64,000 nucleotides of DNA from positions 320,001 to 384,000 of the forward strand of contig CAWGVS010000010.1 in NCBI GenBank assembly GCA_963826115.1. The letters are read 5' to 3'. Shown one piece after another: positions 29,457-38,850 of the stretch. The notes under the pieces are model-generated. The model searched no databases. It saw only the letters and a program-made list of their open reading frames with translations, and was not told the DNA's origin. Numbering within the stretch: the first letter of the stretch is position 1; every line of letters begins with the position of its first letter. Source of the DNA: an uncultured Candidatus Rokubacteria bacterium (lineage in GTDB: Bacteria > Methylomirabilota > Methylomirabilia > Rokubacteriales > DASRDR01). A program made the translations under genes and the position numbers.

Positions 29457-30509
29457 ATGGGACGACCCAGCCCCGTGAGACCGCCGACCGCAACCGGGTC
29501 GCCGCGGGTCGAGGGCCGACGCCTCCGGTCGGCCGACGAGGGCCGTCCCGTCGGCGTGCCCGCGCCCCGCACCCTGTCGGGCCCGCGCGCCCGTCCCGTC
29601 CCGTCCACCGACCTGGCGTCCCGCTCGCGGCTGATCGCCAACCAGCGCCACCGCACGCGGCTTGCCGGCCGCTCGCTCCGCCTCCTGGCCCGAATCACCG
29701 TCCTCGGCGTCACGCTCGCCGGACTCGGGGTGGCGGCGTTCGTCGCCTGGGACTGGGTGAGGCGAACGCCGCTCCTCGCCACGCGCGCCGTGGAGGTCAC
29801 GGGCGCCCATCGCCTCGACGAGACGACCGTGCGCGCCGCGGCTGGCATCGAGCCGGGGACGAACCTGTTCGCCGTGGACGTGGCCGCCGCCGAGGACCGC
29901 GTGGCGAGCCTGCCGGGCGTCCGGCGGGCCCACGTGGTGCGCCACCTGCCCGGACGCGTGACCGTGCTGGTCGAGGAGCGCGAGCCATACGCCCTGGTGA
30001 ACGCGGGCGGCCTCCACTGGGTCGATGCCGAGGGATACCTGGTGACGACCGACGCGCGGCCCGGGTCGACGGGACTGCCGATCCTGACGGGCGTGGGCGC
30101 GCCGGCTCCCGGGGCGAGCGCGCCGTCCGAGACCCTCCGGTCCGGACTCGCGCTGCTCCACGTGCTCCAGCGCACGTCCGGGCGGCTCACCACGCGCGTG
30201 TCCGAGGTGGACCTCTCGCGCCCCCACGGCCCGGTCCTCTACCTGGTCGACGGTATCGAGGTCCGGCTCGGCCCCGACGGCTGGAGCGACCGGCTCGCGC
30301 GCCTCGACGGCGTGCTGGGGGAGCTCGACGCCCGGGGCGAGCGCGTGGCCTCGGTGGACCTCCGGTTCCGGGACCAGGTCGTGCTCACGCCTCGCTCGTC
30401 GCCGCCGTCCGCGGGCCCGGCCAAAGGGCCGGCCGCCGGCCGGCGCCGCCCGGGCGGGGACTCCCCCACCATCGCAACGCCGGCCGCGGCTGGCCTGGAG
30501 CGACGCTGA
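29457..30509 (+). CDS. ftsQ: Cell division protein FtsQ/DivIB
   Basis: Basic N-terminal tail, one TM segment, POTRA domain (VEVTGAHRL...NLFAVD...LPGVRRA...LPGRVTVLVEEREP), VDLRF. Start uncertain. Confidence 0.9.
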   Translation: MGRPSPVRPPTATGSPRVEGRRLRSADEGRPVGVPAPRTLSGPRARPVPSTDLASRSRLIANQRHRTRLAGRSLRLLARITVLGVTLAGLGVAAFVAWDWVRRTPLLATRAVEVTGAHRLDETTVRAAAGIEPGTNLFAVDVAAAEDRVASLPGVRRAHVVRHLPGRVTVLVEEREPYALVNAGGLHWVDAEGYLVTTDARPGSTGLPILTGVGAPAPGASAPSETLRSGLALLHVLQRTSGRLTTRVSEVDLSRPHGPVLYLVDGIEVRLGPDGWSDRLARLDGVLGELDARGERVASVDLRFRDQVVLTPRSSPPSAGPAKGPAAGRRRPGGDSPTIATPAAAGLERR

Positions 30510-30511
30510 CC

Positions 30512-31762
30512 GTGCGTAGGACGCAGAACATCATCACGGGACTGGACGTCGGGACGACGAAGATCTGCGCCGTGATCGGCGAGGTGACCCCCACCGGCGT
30601 GGACATCATCGGCATCGGGCAGCACCCCTCGCGTGGGCTCCGCAAGGGTGTCGTCGCGAACGTGGAGTCGACGGTCGAGGCGATCAAGCGCGCGGTATCC
30701 GAGGCCGAGCAGATGGCCGCGGTCGAGGTGGACGCCGTGTACGTCTCGATCGGCGGGGGCCACATCCGGGGCGTCAACAGCCAGGGTGTGGTGGCGGTGC
30801 AGGGCCGCACGCGCGAGGTCACGGCGGTCGACGTCGCCCGCGCCGTCGACGCCGCGCGGAACGTGAGCCTGCCTCCCGACCGCGAGATCCTTCACGTGCT
30901 GACCCAGGGCTTCACCGTCGACGACCAGGACGGCGTGCGGGAGCCCGTCGGCATGCTGGGCAGCCGGCTCGGCGTGTCGGTGCACCTGGTCGCCGGCGCC
31001 GCGACCGCGGTCCAGAACGTCGTGCGGAGCGTCAACCGGGCCGGCCTGACGGTGGAGGACGTCGTGCTCCAGGCGCTCGCCTCCGGTGAGTCGGTGCTGA
31101 CGCCCGACGAGCGCGAGCTGGGCGTGCTCCTGATCGACGTGGGCGGGGGGACGACGGACGTCGCCCTGTTCCGCGACGGGGCCGTGTGGCACACGGCGGT
31201 GATCCCGCTCGGCGGGGACCACATCACGAACGACATCGCGGTGGGGCTCCGGACGCCGCCGCCGTCCGCCGAGGAGCTGAAGAAGCTCTACGGGTGCTCC
31301 CAGGCCAGCCTCGTCCTCGAGGACGAGACGGTGGAGGTGCCGTCGATCGGCGGCCGGAAGCCGCGGGTGCTGTCGCGCCAGACCCTGGCCCGGATCGTCC
31401 AGGCGCGGGTGGAGGAGATCCTGACGCTGGTGGCCCGCGGCGTGAGCCAGGCCGGACTCGACGACGCGGCCACCGCCGGCGCCGTGGTCACCGGCGGGGC
31501 AACGGTCATGGAGGGCGTCCCGGAGCTGGCCGAGACGATCCTCGACCTCCCGGTCCGGCGCGGGATCCCGAAGTGGGTCGGCGGGCTCTACGAGCAGGTG
31601 GAGAACCCGGGGTTCGCAACGGCGGTGGGGCTGGTGCTCACCGGTGCCCGGCGGGACGGCCCGCCGATCGCATCGAGCCGGCTGCCGGGGATCGGCGAGG
31701 GCTGGCCCGGCGTGGGTCGGACAGCGCGACGCGTCCGAGAGTGGCTGCGGGAGATCTTCTGA
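30512..31762 (+). CDS. ftsA: Cell division protein FtsA
   Basis: [42 protein letters not shown]-terminal amphipathic VREWLREIF. Confidence 0.97.
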   Translation: MRRTQNIITGLDVGTTKICAVIGEVTPTGVDIIGIGQHPSRGLRKGVVANVESTVEAIKRAVSEAEQMAAVEVDAVYVSIGGGHIRGVNSQGVVAVQGRTREVTAVDVARAVDAARNVSLPPDREILHVLTQGFTVDDQDGVREPVGMLGSRLGVSVHLVAGAATAVQNVVRSVNRAGLTVEDVVLQALASGESVLTPDERELGVLLIDVGGGTTDVALFRDGAVWHTAVIPLGGDHITNDIAVGLRTPPPSAEELKKLYGCSQASLVLEDETVEVPSIGGRKPRVLSRQTLARIVQARVEEILTLVARGVSQAGLDDAATAGAVVTGGATVMEGVPELAETILDLPVRRGIPKWVGGLYEQVENPGFATAVGLVLTGARRDGPPIASSRLPGIGEGWPGVGRTARRVREWLREIF

Positions 31763-31842
31763 TGGGGCGGGGACGCCGCAAGCGACAGCAGGGGAGCGAT
31801 CCGGCCGGCGCCGAGCGCCGGCCGAAAGAGGGAGAGGGAACG

Positions 31843-33033
31843 ATGCGGGAGGAGCTCATCTTCCGGTTGGAGGAAGAGGATCGGGAACTGGCGGCGAAGA
31901 TCCGGGTCGTCGGGCTCGGCGGCGGCGGATCGAACGCCGTGAACCGGATGATCAGCTCGCGCTTCACCGGGGTCACGTTCGCGGTGGCGAACACCGACGC
32001 CCAGGCGCTCCGCGCGTCGCCGGCCCAGATCAAGATCCAGCTCGGCACCAAGCTCACGGGCGGGCTCGGCGCCGGCTCCGACCCCGAGGTCGGTCGCCGG
32101 GCGGCCAGCGAGGACCGGGAGCTCCTCCAGCAGACGCTCACCGGCGCGGACATGGTCTTCATCACCGCCGGGATGGGCGGCGGCACTGGCACCGGCGCTG
32201 CGCCGGTCGTGGCGGCGATCGCCAAGGAGCTCGGCGCGCTGACCGTGGCGTGCGTCACGAAGCCGTTCCAGTTCGAAGGGCCGCGGCGGATGCGCCAGGC
32301 CGACGCGGGCATCCAGGAGCTCCGCGGGATCGTGGACACGCTCCTCACGATTCCCAACCAGCGCCTGCTCACCGTCGTCGAGAAGGGCACGTCGCTCCAG
32401 GAGGCCTTCAAGGTCGCGGACTCCGTGCTCCAGCAGGCGGTCCAGGGGATCTCGGACCTCATCCTGGTCCCGGGTCTCATCAACCTGGACTTCGCGGACG
32501 TGCGCACCATCATGTCGGGGATGGGGATGGCGCTCATGGGCACCGGCATCGGCCGGGGCGAGCATCGCGCCGTCGACGCGGCGCAGAAGGCGATCGCGAG
32601 CCCGCTGCTCGAAGAGACCTCCATCCAGGGCGCGCGGGGCGTCCTGATCAACATCACCGGCGGCTCGGACCTCACGCTCCACGAGGTGAACGAGGCCGCC
32701 AGCACCGTGGCCGAGGCCGCAGAGGGCGACGCAAACATCATCGTGGGCGCCGTGGTGGACGAGGCCCTCGGGGACGAGATCCGGGTTACCGTCATTGCGA
32801 CCGGGTTCGACGACGCGCGGGGCATGGCGCACCCGGTCGCCTCGACGGCGGCGGCGGGTGCGGCCGCGACCGCGGCGTCCGGCGGCCGGACCGTGGATCT
32901 CAAGGCGTACCGCGGGGGCGACCGTCCGTCGCCGTGGCGCCGGCCGCGGGCCGACGGCGTGCGCGCGGACGGGCTGGATCAGGTGGCCGACGACCTCGAC
33001 ATCCCGGCGTTCCTGCGCCGACAGGCCGACTGA
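31843..33033 (+). CDS. ftsZ: Cell division protein FtsZ
   Basis: [36 protein letters not shown]-terminal [21 protein letters not shown]. Confidence 0.98.
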   Translation: MREELIFRLEEEDRELAAKIRVVGLGGGGSNAVNRMISSRFTGVTFAVANTDAQALRASPAQIKIQLGTKLTGGLGAGSDPEVGRRAASEDRELLQQTLTGADMVFITAGMGGGTGTGAAPVVAAIAKELGALTVACVTKPFQFEGPRRMRQADAGIQELRGIVDTLLTIPNQRLLTVVEKGTSLQEAFKVADSVLQQAVQGISDLILVPGLINLDFADVRTIMSGMGMALMGTGIGRGEHRAVDAAQKAIASPLLEETSIQGARGVLINITGGSDLTLHEVNEAASTVAEAAEGDANIIVGAVVDEALGDEIRVTVIATGFDDARGMAHPVASTAAAGAAATAASGGRTVDLKAYRGGDRPSPWRRPRADGVRADGLDQVADDLDIPAFLRRQAD

Positions 33034-33103
33034 GCCGGCGGCGAGCGGCCTGACGCCGCCCCGGACCGCGCGAGCGGCCGGGCGGGCGCGTCCGGGATCG
33101 ACG

Positions 33104-33871
33104 ATGGTGAGCTGGCACGGGGAGCCGCCTTCCCACGCCGCGCTGCCCGCGCTGGCGGCGGCCGGCGTGCGGCACGCCTTCACGACCCGCCACCAGGGGA
33201 GCTTCGACGCCGTGTCCGCTCCCGCCGGCCCGTTCGGCGTCGATCGTCGCTGGCCGGTGCTCGACGCGCTCGGCCTCGCGCCGGAGCGCATCCGCTACGT
33301 GCGGCAGGTTCACGGCGACGCGTGCCTGGACGCGGACGCGCCGGGGATGGGCGCGCTCGTCGGGGTCGGCGACGCGCTCTTCACCCGGCGGCGGGGCGAG
33401 CCACTGGCGATTTTCACCGCCGACTGCGTCCCGCTGATCGTCGTCGATCCGGAGCGCCCGGCCCTCGGGATGGCGCACGCCGGATGGCGCGGCACCGTGC
33501 GGGGGATCGCGGGCCGGCTGGTGGCGGCGCTGGTCGAGCAGGCCGGGGCGCGCGCGGACCGGCTCCGGGCGGCGATCGGGCCGTCCATCGGCCCGTGCTG
33601 TTACGAGGTGGACGAGCCGGTGATCGGACCGCTCCGGGCCGCGTTCCCGGCGGCGTGGGAGCGTTGGGCCGCCCCCGGCGCCCCGGGCCGTCCCGGACGC
33701 TGGTGGCTCGACCTGTGGGCGGCGAACGCCGATCAGCTGGCGGCGGCGGGTGTGCCGCCCGGGGCGATCGCGAGCCCGCGCCTCTGCACGGGCTGCCGCC
33801 AGGACCTGTTCTTCTCGTACCGCAAGGAGGGGCTCGCGGGGCGGCTCGCCACGCTCGCCGTGCTCGAGTAG
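33104..33871 (+). CDS. pgeF: Peptidoglycan editing factor PgeF/YfiH family
   Basis: HAFTTR, QVHG, DAL, TADCVP, HAGWRG, GPSIGPCCYEV, FFSYR. Confidence 0.92.
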   Translation: MVSWHGEPPSHAALPALAAAGVRHAFTTRHQGSFDAVSAPAGPFGVDRRWPVLDALGLAPERIRYVRQVHGDACLDADAPGMGALVGVGDALFTRRRGEPLAIFTADCVPLIVVDPERPALGMAHAGWRGTVRGIAGRLVAALVEQAGARADRLRAAIGPSIGPCCYEVDEPVIGPLRAAFPAAWERWAAPGAPGRPGRWWLDLWAANADQLAAAGVPPGAIASPRLCTGCRQDLFFSYRKEGLAGRLATLAVLE

Positions 33872-33933
33872 ACGCGCGCCGCGCGAGTCTCGCGTGGCGC
33901 CGGGCGAGCGAACCCGCTACAATACCGGCGCGC

Positions 33934-34629
33934 ATGAGCGAGAGCGATATCCGCGCGAACCTCGCCGCCGTGGACGAGCGGATCGCGGCGGCGGCCCGCC
34001 GGGCCGGCCGCCGCGAGGACGCCGTGCTCCTGGTGGCGGTGTCGAAGACCGTCGACGTCGAGCGCGTCCGGCAGGCGGTCGCCGCGGGCGTGCGCGCCCT
34101 CGGCGAAAACCGGGTTCAGGAGGCGCGGGAGAAGATCGCGGCGCTCGGCCGTCCGGTGCCGTGGCACCTGATCGGGCACCTCCAGACGAACAAGGTGAAG
34201 GACGCCGTGGACGGCTTCGACCTCATCCACTCGGTCGACCGGCTGCCGCTGGCCGAGGCGCTGTCCCGCCGGGCGGCGGAGGCCGGGCGCCGGGTCGACG
34301 TGCTGGTGCAGGTGAACGTCGCGGAGGAGCCGCAGAAGGGCGGCCTCCGTGGCGACGAGCTCCGCGCGGCGCTCGAGGCCATGGCGGCGCTCCCGGGGCT
34401 CCGGCTGCGCGGTCTCATGACGATCCCGCCCCTGCCGCACGACCCCGAGGACTCTCGGCCGCACTACAAGGAGATGCGGCGGCTGCTCGACGCCGCGCGG
34501 GGCTGGGGGCACGGGGCCGATTTCTCGGAGCTGTCGATGGGGATGAGCGGGGACTTCGAGGTCGGGGTCGAGGAGGGGGCGACGATCGTCCGCGTGGGGA
34601 CCGCGATCTTCGGTCCCCGGGGCGGCTGA
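33934..34629 (+). CDS. yggS: PLP homeostasis protein YggS
   Basis: LVAVSKT, GENRVQE, WHLIGHLQTNK, HSVD, GLMTIP, LSMGMSGD, RVGTAIFG. Confidence 0.96.
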   Translation: MSESDIRANLAAVDERIAAAARRAGRREDAVLLVAVSKTVDVERVRQAVAAGVRALGENRVQEAREKIAALGRPVPWHLIGHLQTNKVKDAVDGFDLIHSVDRLPLAEALSRRAAEAGRRVDVLVQVNVAEEPQKGGLRGDELRAALEAMAALPGLRLRGLMTIPPLPHDPEDSRPHYKEMRRLLDAARGWGHGADFSELSMGMSGDFEVGVEEGATIVRVGTAIFGPRGG

Positions 34630-34680
34630 CGGCGTGAGCGCCCGGGGCGCTCGGGCCGCGCTCGGCGGAGAGGGCTGATC

Positions 34681-35499
34681 ATGTCGATCCGGGACAAGCG
34701 CATCGGGTTCGTGGGGGCGGGCAACATGGGCGAGGCCATGGTCCGCGGCCTCACCAAGACGGGCCTCATGCCCGTCGGGCACCTCCTGATGACCGACGTC
34801 CGCGGCGACCGGCTCGAGGACCTGAAGCGTCTCTACGGCATCGTCATCGTCCCCGACAACGTGACGCTCGTCCAGCGATCCGACGTCGTCATCCTCGCCG
34901 TCAAGCCGCAGATCCTCGGCGACGTGCTGGACGAGATCGCTCCCGCCACGCCCGGGAAGCTCCTGATCTCGATCGCGGCCGGCGTGTCGACGAGCGAGAT
35001 CCGGCGCCACCTCCCTCCCGGCACCCGGACGATCCGGGTCATGCCGAACACGCCCGCGCTCGTCCTCGAGGGCGCCACCGCGATCGCCCACGCCACCGGG
35101 CTCGACGACGGTGACATGGACACCGCCCGCCAGATCTTCGAGGCCGTCGGACGCGCCGTGATCCTGGACGAGGGGATGATGGACGCGGTGACCGGGCTCT
35201 CGGGTTCCGGCCCCGCGTACATCGCGGTGGTGGTCGAGGCTCTCGCGGACGGCGGGGTGCGCGTCGGGCTGGACCGGAAGACGGCGATGACGCTGGCCCT
35301 CCAGACGGTGCTCGGGTCGGCGCGCCTCCTGATCGAGACCGGGATGCACCCCGGGCAGCTCAAGGACATGGTGAGCTCGCCGGGCGGGACCACGATCGCG
35401 GGCATCCACACGCTCGAGATCGGGGGCCTCCGCCGGACCCTGATCGACACGGTCGAGCGCGCGACCCACCGGTCGCGCGAGCTGGGCCAGGGGCGATAG
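34681..35499 (+). CDS. proC: Pyrroline-5-carboxylate reductase
   Basis: GAGNMG, LAVKP, SIAAGV, RVMPNTP, GLSGSGPAY, VSSPGGTT. Confidence 0.97.
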   Translation: MSIRDKRIGFVGAGNMGEAMVRGLTKTGLMPVGHLLMTDVRGDRLEDLKRLYGIVIVPDNVTLVQRSDVVILAVKPQILGDVLDEIAPATPGKLLISIAAGVSTSEIRRHLPPGTRTIRVMPNTPALVLEGATAIAHATGLDDGDMDTARQIFEAVGRAVILDEGMMDAVTGLSGSGPAYIAVVVEALADGGVRVGLDRKTAMTLALQTVLGSARLLIETGMHPGQLKDMVSSPGGTTIAGIHTLEIGGLRRTLIDTVERATHRSRELGQGR

Positions 35500-35508
35500 G
35501 GCGGCGCC

Positions 35509-35802
35509 GTGTACGTGCTCGGCGACTTGCTGCTCGCCGTCGCGAAGCTGGTGGACTACATCCTCTACGCCTACATGTGGATCGTCGTGATCCGGGCGCT
35601 CGTGTCCTGGGTGAACCCCGATCCGTGGAACCCCATCGTCCGGTTCCTGTACCAGGCGACCGAGCCCGTGCTCCGGCCGATCCGGCGCCGCCTTCCCCAG
35701 AGCGCGATCGACTTCTCGCCTCTGGTCCTCATCCTCGGCATCTACTTCCTCCAGTGGTTCCTGGTCCCGGTTCTGGTGAAGACGGCCTACCGGCTCGGGT
35801 GA
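35509..35802 (+). CDS. yggT: YggT family membrane protein
   Basis: LVSWVNPDPWNPIVRFL..TEPVLRPIRR..IDFSP. Confidence 0.93.
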   Translation: MYVLGDLLLAVAKLVDYILYAYMWIVVIRALVSWVNPDPWNPIVRFLYQATEPVLRPIRRRLPQSAIDFSPLVLILGIYFLQWFLVPVLVKTAYRLG

Positions 35803-35826
35803 CGTGGAGGCTCAGGAGGAGCTCCG

Positions 35827-36294
35827 ATGCGCATGACCGCGACGGATATTCGGCAGCAGCAGTTCGCGGTGCGGCTCTTCCGGGGGTTCGACCCCCAGGA
35901 GGTCGACGCGTTCCTCGAGGAGATGGCCGACGATTTCGACGAGCTCGGCCGCGAGAACGCCCTCCTCAAGGAGCAGCTCGTGCAGCTCGAGGAGAAGTCC
36001 CGCGGCGTCGAGGGGCGGGAGAGGACGCTCCAGGAGACGCTCGTCACGACGCAGAAGATCGCCGAAGAGTTCAAGGAGAACGCCCGGCGCGAGGCGGAGC
36101 TGGTCCTGCGCGAGGCGCACCTCCGCGCCGAGAAGTTCATGCAGGACGCCCGCGAGGAGCACGCGAAGCTCACCACCGAGGTCAACGGGCTCCGGCGTCT
36201 TCGCCGCCAGCTGGCCGACGAGCTCATGGGGGTGCTCAACGCGCACAAGCGGCTCGCGGAACAGGCCCTGGCGGAGGGCGATGCCTCCTCCTGA
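35827..36294 (+). CDS. divIVA: DivIVA domain coiled-coil protein
   Basis: TATDIRQQQF..LFRGFDPQEVDAFLE, then coiled coil AEEFKENARREAELVLREA. SD AGGAGG. Confidence 0.92.
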   Translation: MRMTATDIRQQQFAVRLFRGFDPQEVDAFLEEMADDFDELGRENALLKEQLVQLEEKSRGVEGRERTLQETLVTTQKIAEEFKENARREAELVLREAHLRAEKFMQDAREEHAKLTTEVNGLRRLRRQLADELMGVLNAHKRLAEQALAEGDASS

Positions 36295-36598
36295 GGCCCG
36301 CCTGACCGTCGACGTCCGCCCCCGCGCCGGCCGTGACGAGATCGTCGGCTGGCAGGGCGGTCACCTCCGCGTCCGGGTGAGCGCGCCCCCCGCGGACGGC
36401 GCGGCCAACGAGGCGGTCCGGACGCTCCTCGCGGCGCGCCTCGGCGCCGCGCGCTCGCGGATCGAGATCGTCCGCGGTCACGCGGCGCGCACCAAGCTCG
36501 TGCGCGTCGTCGGGCTCGACCCCGCCGCCCTCGCCGCCCGACTCGCGATGCCCGGAGCCGGCGCGGCGCCGGCCCGCCCCGCCGCGCGCCTGGCCTAG
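36281..36598 (+). CDS. DUF167/YggU family protein
   Basis: VRPRAGRDEI, LRVRVSAPPADGAANEA, IEIVRGHAARTK. Confidence 0.9.
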   Translation: MPPPEARLTVDVRPRAGRDEIVGWQGGHLRVRVSAPPADGAANEAVRTLLAARLGAARSRIEIVRGHAARTKLVRVVGLDPAALAARLAMPGAGAAPARPAARLA

Positions 36599-37635
36599 TG
36601 GGCGCGCCTCCGCTCGCGGTCGTCCCCATTAGCTGGCAGCACGACCGGCTGGTGCTCCTGGACCAGCGGCGACTGCCCGGGGAGGAGGTCTACCTCGAGT
36701 GCCGGACGTGGCCCGAGGTGGCCGACGCGATCCGGACCCTCGCGGTCCGCGGCGCGCCGGCGATCGGCGTGGCGGCCGCCTACGGGGTGGCGCTCGCCGG
36801 GCTCACGAGCCCCGCGCGCGACGCCGAGGCGCTCTTCCGAGACCTCGAGACGGCCACCGCCGGCCTCGCCGCCACCCGGCCGACCGCGGTCAACCTCTTC
36901 TGGGCCCTCGATCGCATGCGGCGCCACGCGGCCGCTCGGCGGGCGGAGTCGCCCGCGGAGCTGCGCGCGAGCCTCGTGAGCGAGGCGGAGCGCATCTTCG
37001 ACGAGGACCTGGCGGCCAACCGGCGGCTCGGCGCCCACGGAGCGGAGCTCGTCCCCGCGGGCGCGCGGATCCTGACCCACTGCAACGCCGGGGGGCTCGC
37101 GACCGCGGGCTACGGGACCGCCCTCGGCGTCGTGCGGGGCGCCGTCGAGACCGGGCGGAGGCCCTTCGTCTGGGTCGACGAGACGCGGCCGGTGCTCCAG
37201 GGCGCGCGGCTCACCGCCTGGGAGCTGGCGCGCGAGGGCATCCCGCACGCCGTCATCGCGGACGTCGCGGCGGCCTCGACGATGGCCCGCGGCGAGGTCG
37301 ACCTGGTCGTGGTGGGCGCCGACCGGATCGCCCGCAACGGCGACACCGCCAACAAGATCGGGACCTATGGCGTGGCGGTGCTGGCGCGCCACCACGGCAT
37401 CCCGTTCTACGTCGCCGCGCCCTTCTCGACGATCGACGTCTCGATCGCCGACGGCTCCGCGATCCCGATCGAGGAGCGCGACCCGCGCGAGGTCCAGGAG
37501 CTCGCGGGCCGGCGGATCGTGCCCGCGGCCTCGCCGGCGCGCAACCCGGCCTTCGACGTGACCCCCGCCGCGCTGATCACCGCGATCATCACCGAGCGCG
37601 GCGTCCACCGGCCCCCGTACCACTTCGAGGCGTAG
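36598..37635 (+). CDS. mtnA: S-methyl-5-thioribose-1-phosphate isomerase
   Basis: LDQRRLP, VRGAPAIG, RPTAVNL, LTHCNAG.LAT, ETRP.LQG.RLT, GADRIA.NGD.ANKIGTY, NPAFDVTP. Confidence 0.96.
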   Translation: MGAPPLAVVPISWQHDRLVLLDQRRLPGEEVYLECRTWPEVADAIRTLAVRGAPAIGVAAAYGVALAGLTSPARDAEALFRDLETATAGLAATRPTAVNLFWALDRMRRHAAARRAESPAELRASLVSEAERIFDEDLAANRRLGAHGAELVPAGARILTHCNAGGLATAGYGTALGVVRGAVETGRRPFVWVDETRPVLQGARLTAWELAREGIPHAVIADVAAASTMARGEVDLVVVGADRIARNGDTANKIGTYGVAVLARHHGIPFYVAAPFSTIDVSIADGSAIPIEERDPREVQELAGRRIVPAASPARNPAFDVTPAALITAIITERGVHRPPYHFEA

Positions 37636-37666
37636 CCCGGGCCTGTCGCCCGTCCAAGGAGTTCCC

Positions 37667-38809
37667 ATGAAGAAGTATCACCTGCTCGCGCCCGGTCCGA
37701 CCCCGATTCCCCCCGAGGTCCTCCAGGCGATCGCCCAGCCGATCCTCCACCACCGTACGCCGGAGTTCGAGGCGCTCTTCGGACGCGTCCGGGCCGGCCT
37801 CGCCGAGCTGATCGGGACGCGGAGCGAGGTCATGATCCTCGCGGCCTCGGGCACGGGGGCGCTGGAGGCGGCGGTCGTCAACCTCTGCTCGCCCGGCGAC
37901 GAGGTGCTGGTCGTCCAGTGCGGCAAGTTCGGCGAGCGGTGGACCGGCATCGCCCGGGCGTTCGGTCTCACCGCCCACACGATCGACGCCCCGTACGGCG
38001 AGACCGTGGCGCCCGAGCGCGTCGCGGCGGCGCTGTCGGCCCATCCCCGGGCGCGCGCGCTCTTCGTGACCCAGAGCGAGACGTCGACCGGCGTGCTCGA
38101 GGACGTCGAGGCCTACGCCGCCCTCACGCGGGGCACCGACACGCTTTGCGTGGTGGACACCGTCTCCTCGCTCGCGGTCGTGCCGTGCCCGATGGATGCC
38201 TGGGGGATCGACGTGGTGGTCGCGGGCTCGCAGAAGGGGCTCATGTGCCCGCCGGGCCTCGCCTTCGTCGCCCTGAACGACCGCGCCTGGCGGGCAGCCG
38301 CGCAGGCCCGCTGCCCGCGCTTCTACTGGGACCTTCCCACCGAGCGGGGATGGCAGGCGAAGAACCAGGGTCAGTTCACGCCCGCCGTCTCCCTCCTCGC
38401 GGGGCTCGACGTCGCGCTCGGGCTGCTCGAGGCTGAAGGACTCCCCGAGGTCTTCCGGCGTCACGACCGGCTGGCCCGCGCCGCGCGCGCGGGCGCCGAG
38501 GCGGTCGGGCTCGCCCTCTTCGCCCGGGCGACGCCGAGCCCGGCCGTGACGGCCATCGTGCCGCCGCGGGGCATCGACGGCGAGGCAGTCGTGCGGGCGT
38601 ACGGCCAGGACGACAACATCACCATCGCGGGCGGCCAGGGGGAGATGAAGGGGAAGCTCTTCCGGCTCGCCCACCTCGGCTGGGTCGACGAGTCCGATCT
38701 GATCGTCGGCCTGGCCACGCTCGAGCGCGTCCTCGTTCGGCTCGGCGTACCCGTGGAGCTAGGCGTGGCCGTCGGTGCCGCGCAGCGGATCTTCGCCAAG
38801 GACGGTTGA
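37667..38809 (+). CDS. Class V PLP aminotransferase (alanine-glyoxylate/serine-pyruvate family)
   Basis: LLAPGPTP, HHRT.EF, SGTGALEA, SETSTGV, GSQKG...PPGL, IAGGQ. Confidence 0.93.
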   Translation: MKKYHLLAPGPTPIPPEVLQAIAQPILHHRTPEFEALFGRVRAGLAELIGTRSEVMILAASGTGALEAAVVNLCSPGDEVLVVQCGKFGERWTGIARAFGLTAHTIDAPYGETVAPERVAAALSAHPRARALFVTQSETSTGVLEDVEAYAALTRGTDTLCVVDTVSSLAVVPCPMDAWGIDVVVAGSQKGLMCPPGLAFVALNDRAWRAAAQARCPRFYWDLPTERGWQAKNQGQFTPAVSLLAGLDVALGLLEAEGLPEVFRRHDRLARAARAGAEAVGLALFARATPSPAVTAIVPPRGIDGEAVVRAYGQDDNITIAGGQGEMKGKLFRLAHLGWVDESDLIVGLATLERVLVRLGVPVELGVAVGAAQRIFAKDG

Positions 38810-38821
38810 CCGTGGGCGCGA

Positions 38822-38850
38822 CCTGAGGCCCGATCCGCGCCGGTGTACGC
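38822..38850 (+). repeat. Imperfect direct repeat, copy 1 (overlaps start of first CapK-like gene)
   Basis: CCTGAGGCCCGATCCGCGCCGGTGTACGC aligns to 40263-40289 at 25/27 positions with a 2-nt gap. Confidence 0.5.

Noticed and set aside
17044-35469. Many long antisense or alternate-frame ORFs over the dcw cluster (for example 24172-27156 and 27101-30193)
   Set aside because: Arg/Pro/Gly-rich shadows of well-supported genes caused by GC-biased codon usage.
33104-36598. pgeF-yggS-proC-yggT-divIVA-DUF167 after ftsZ as a novel division module
   Set aside because: This arrangement is well known in several phyla, and the lack of sepF is unremarkable with ftsA present.
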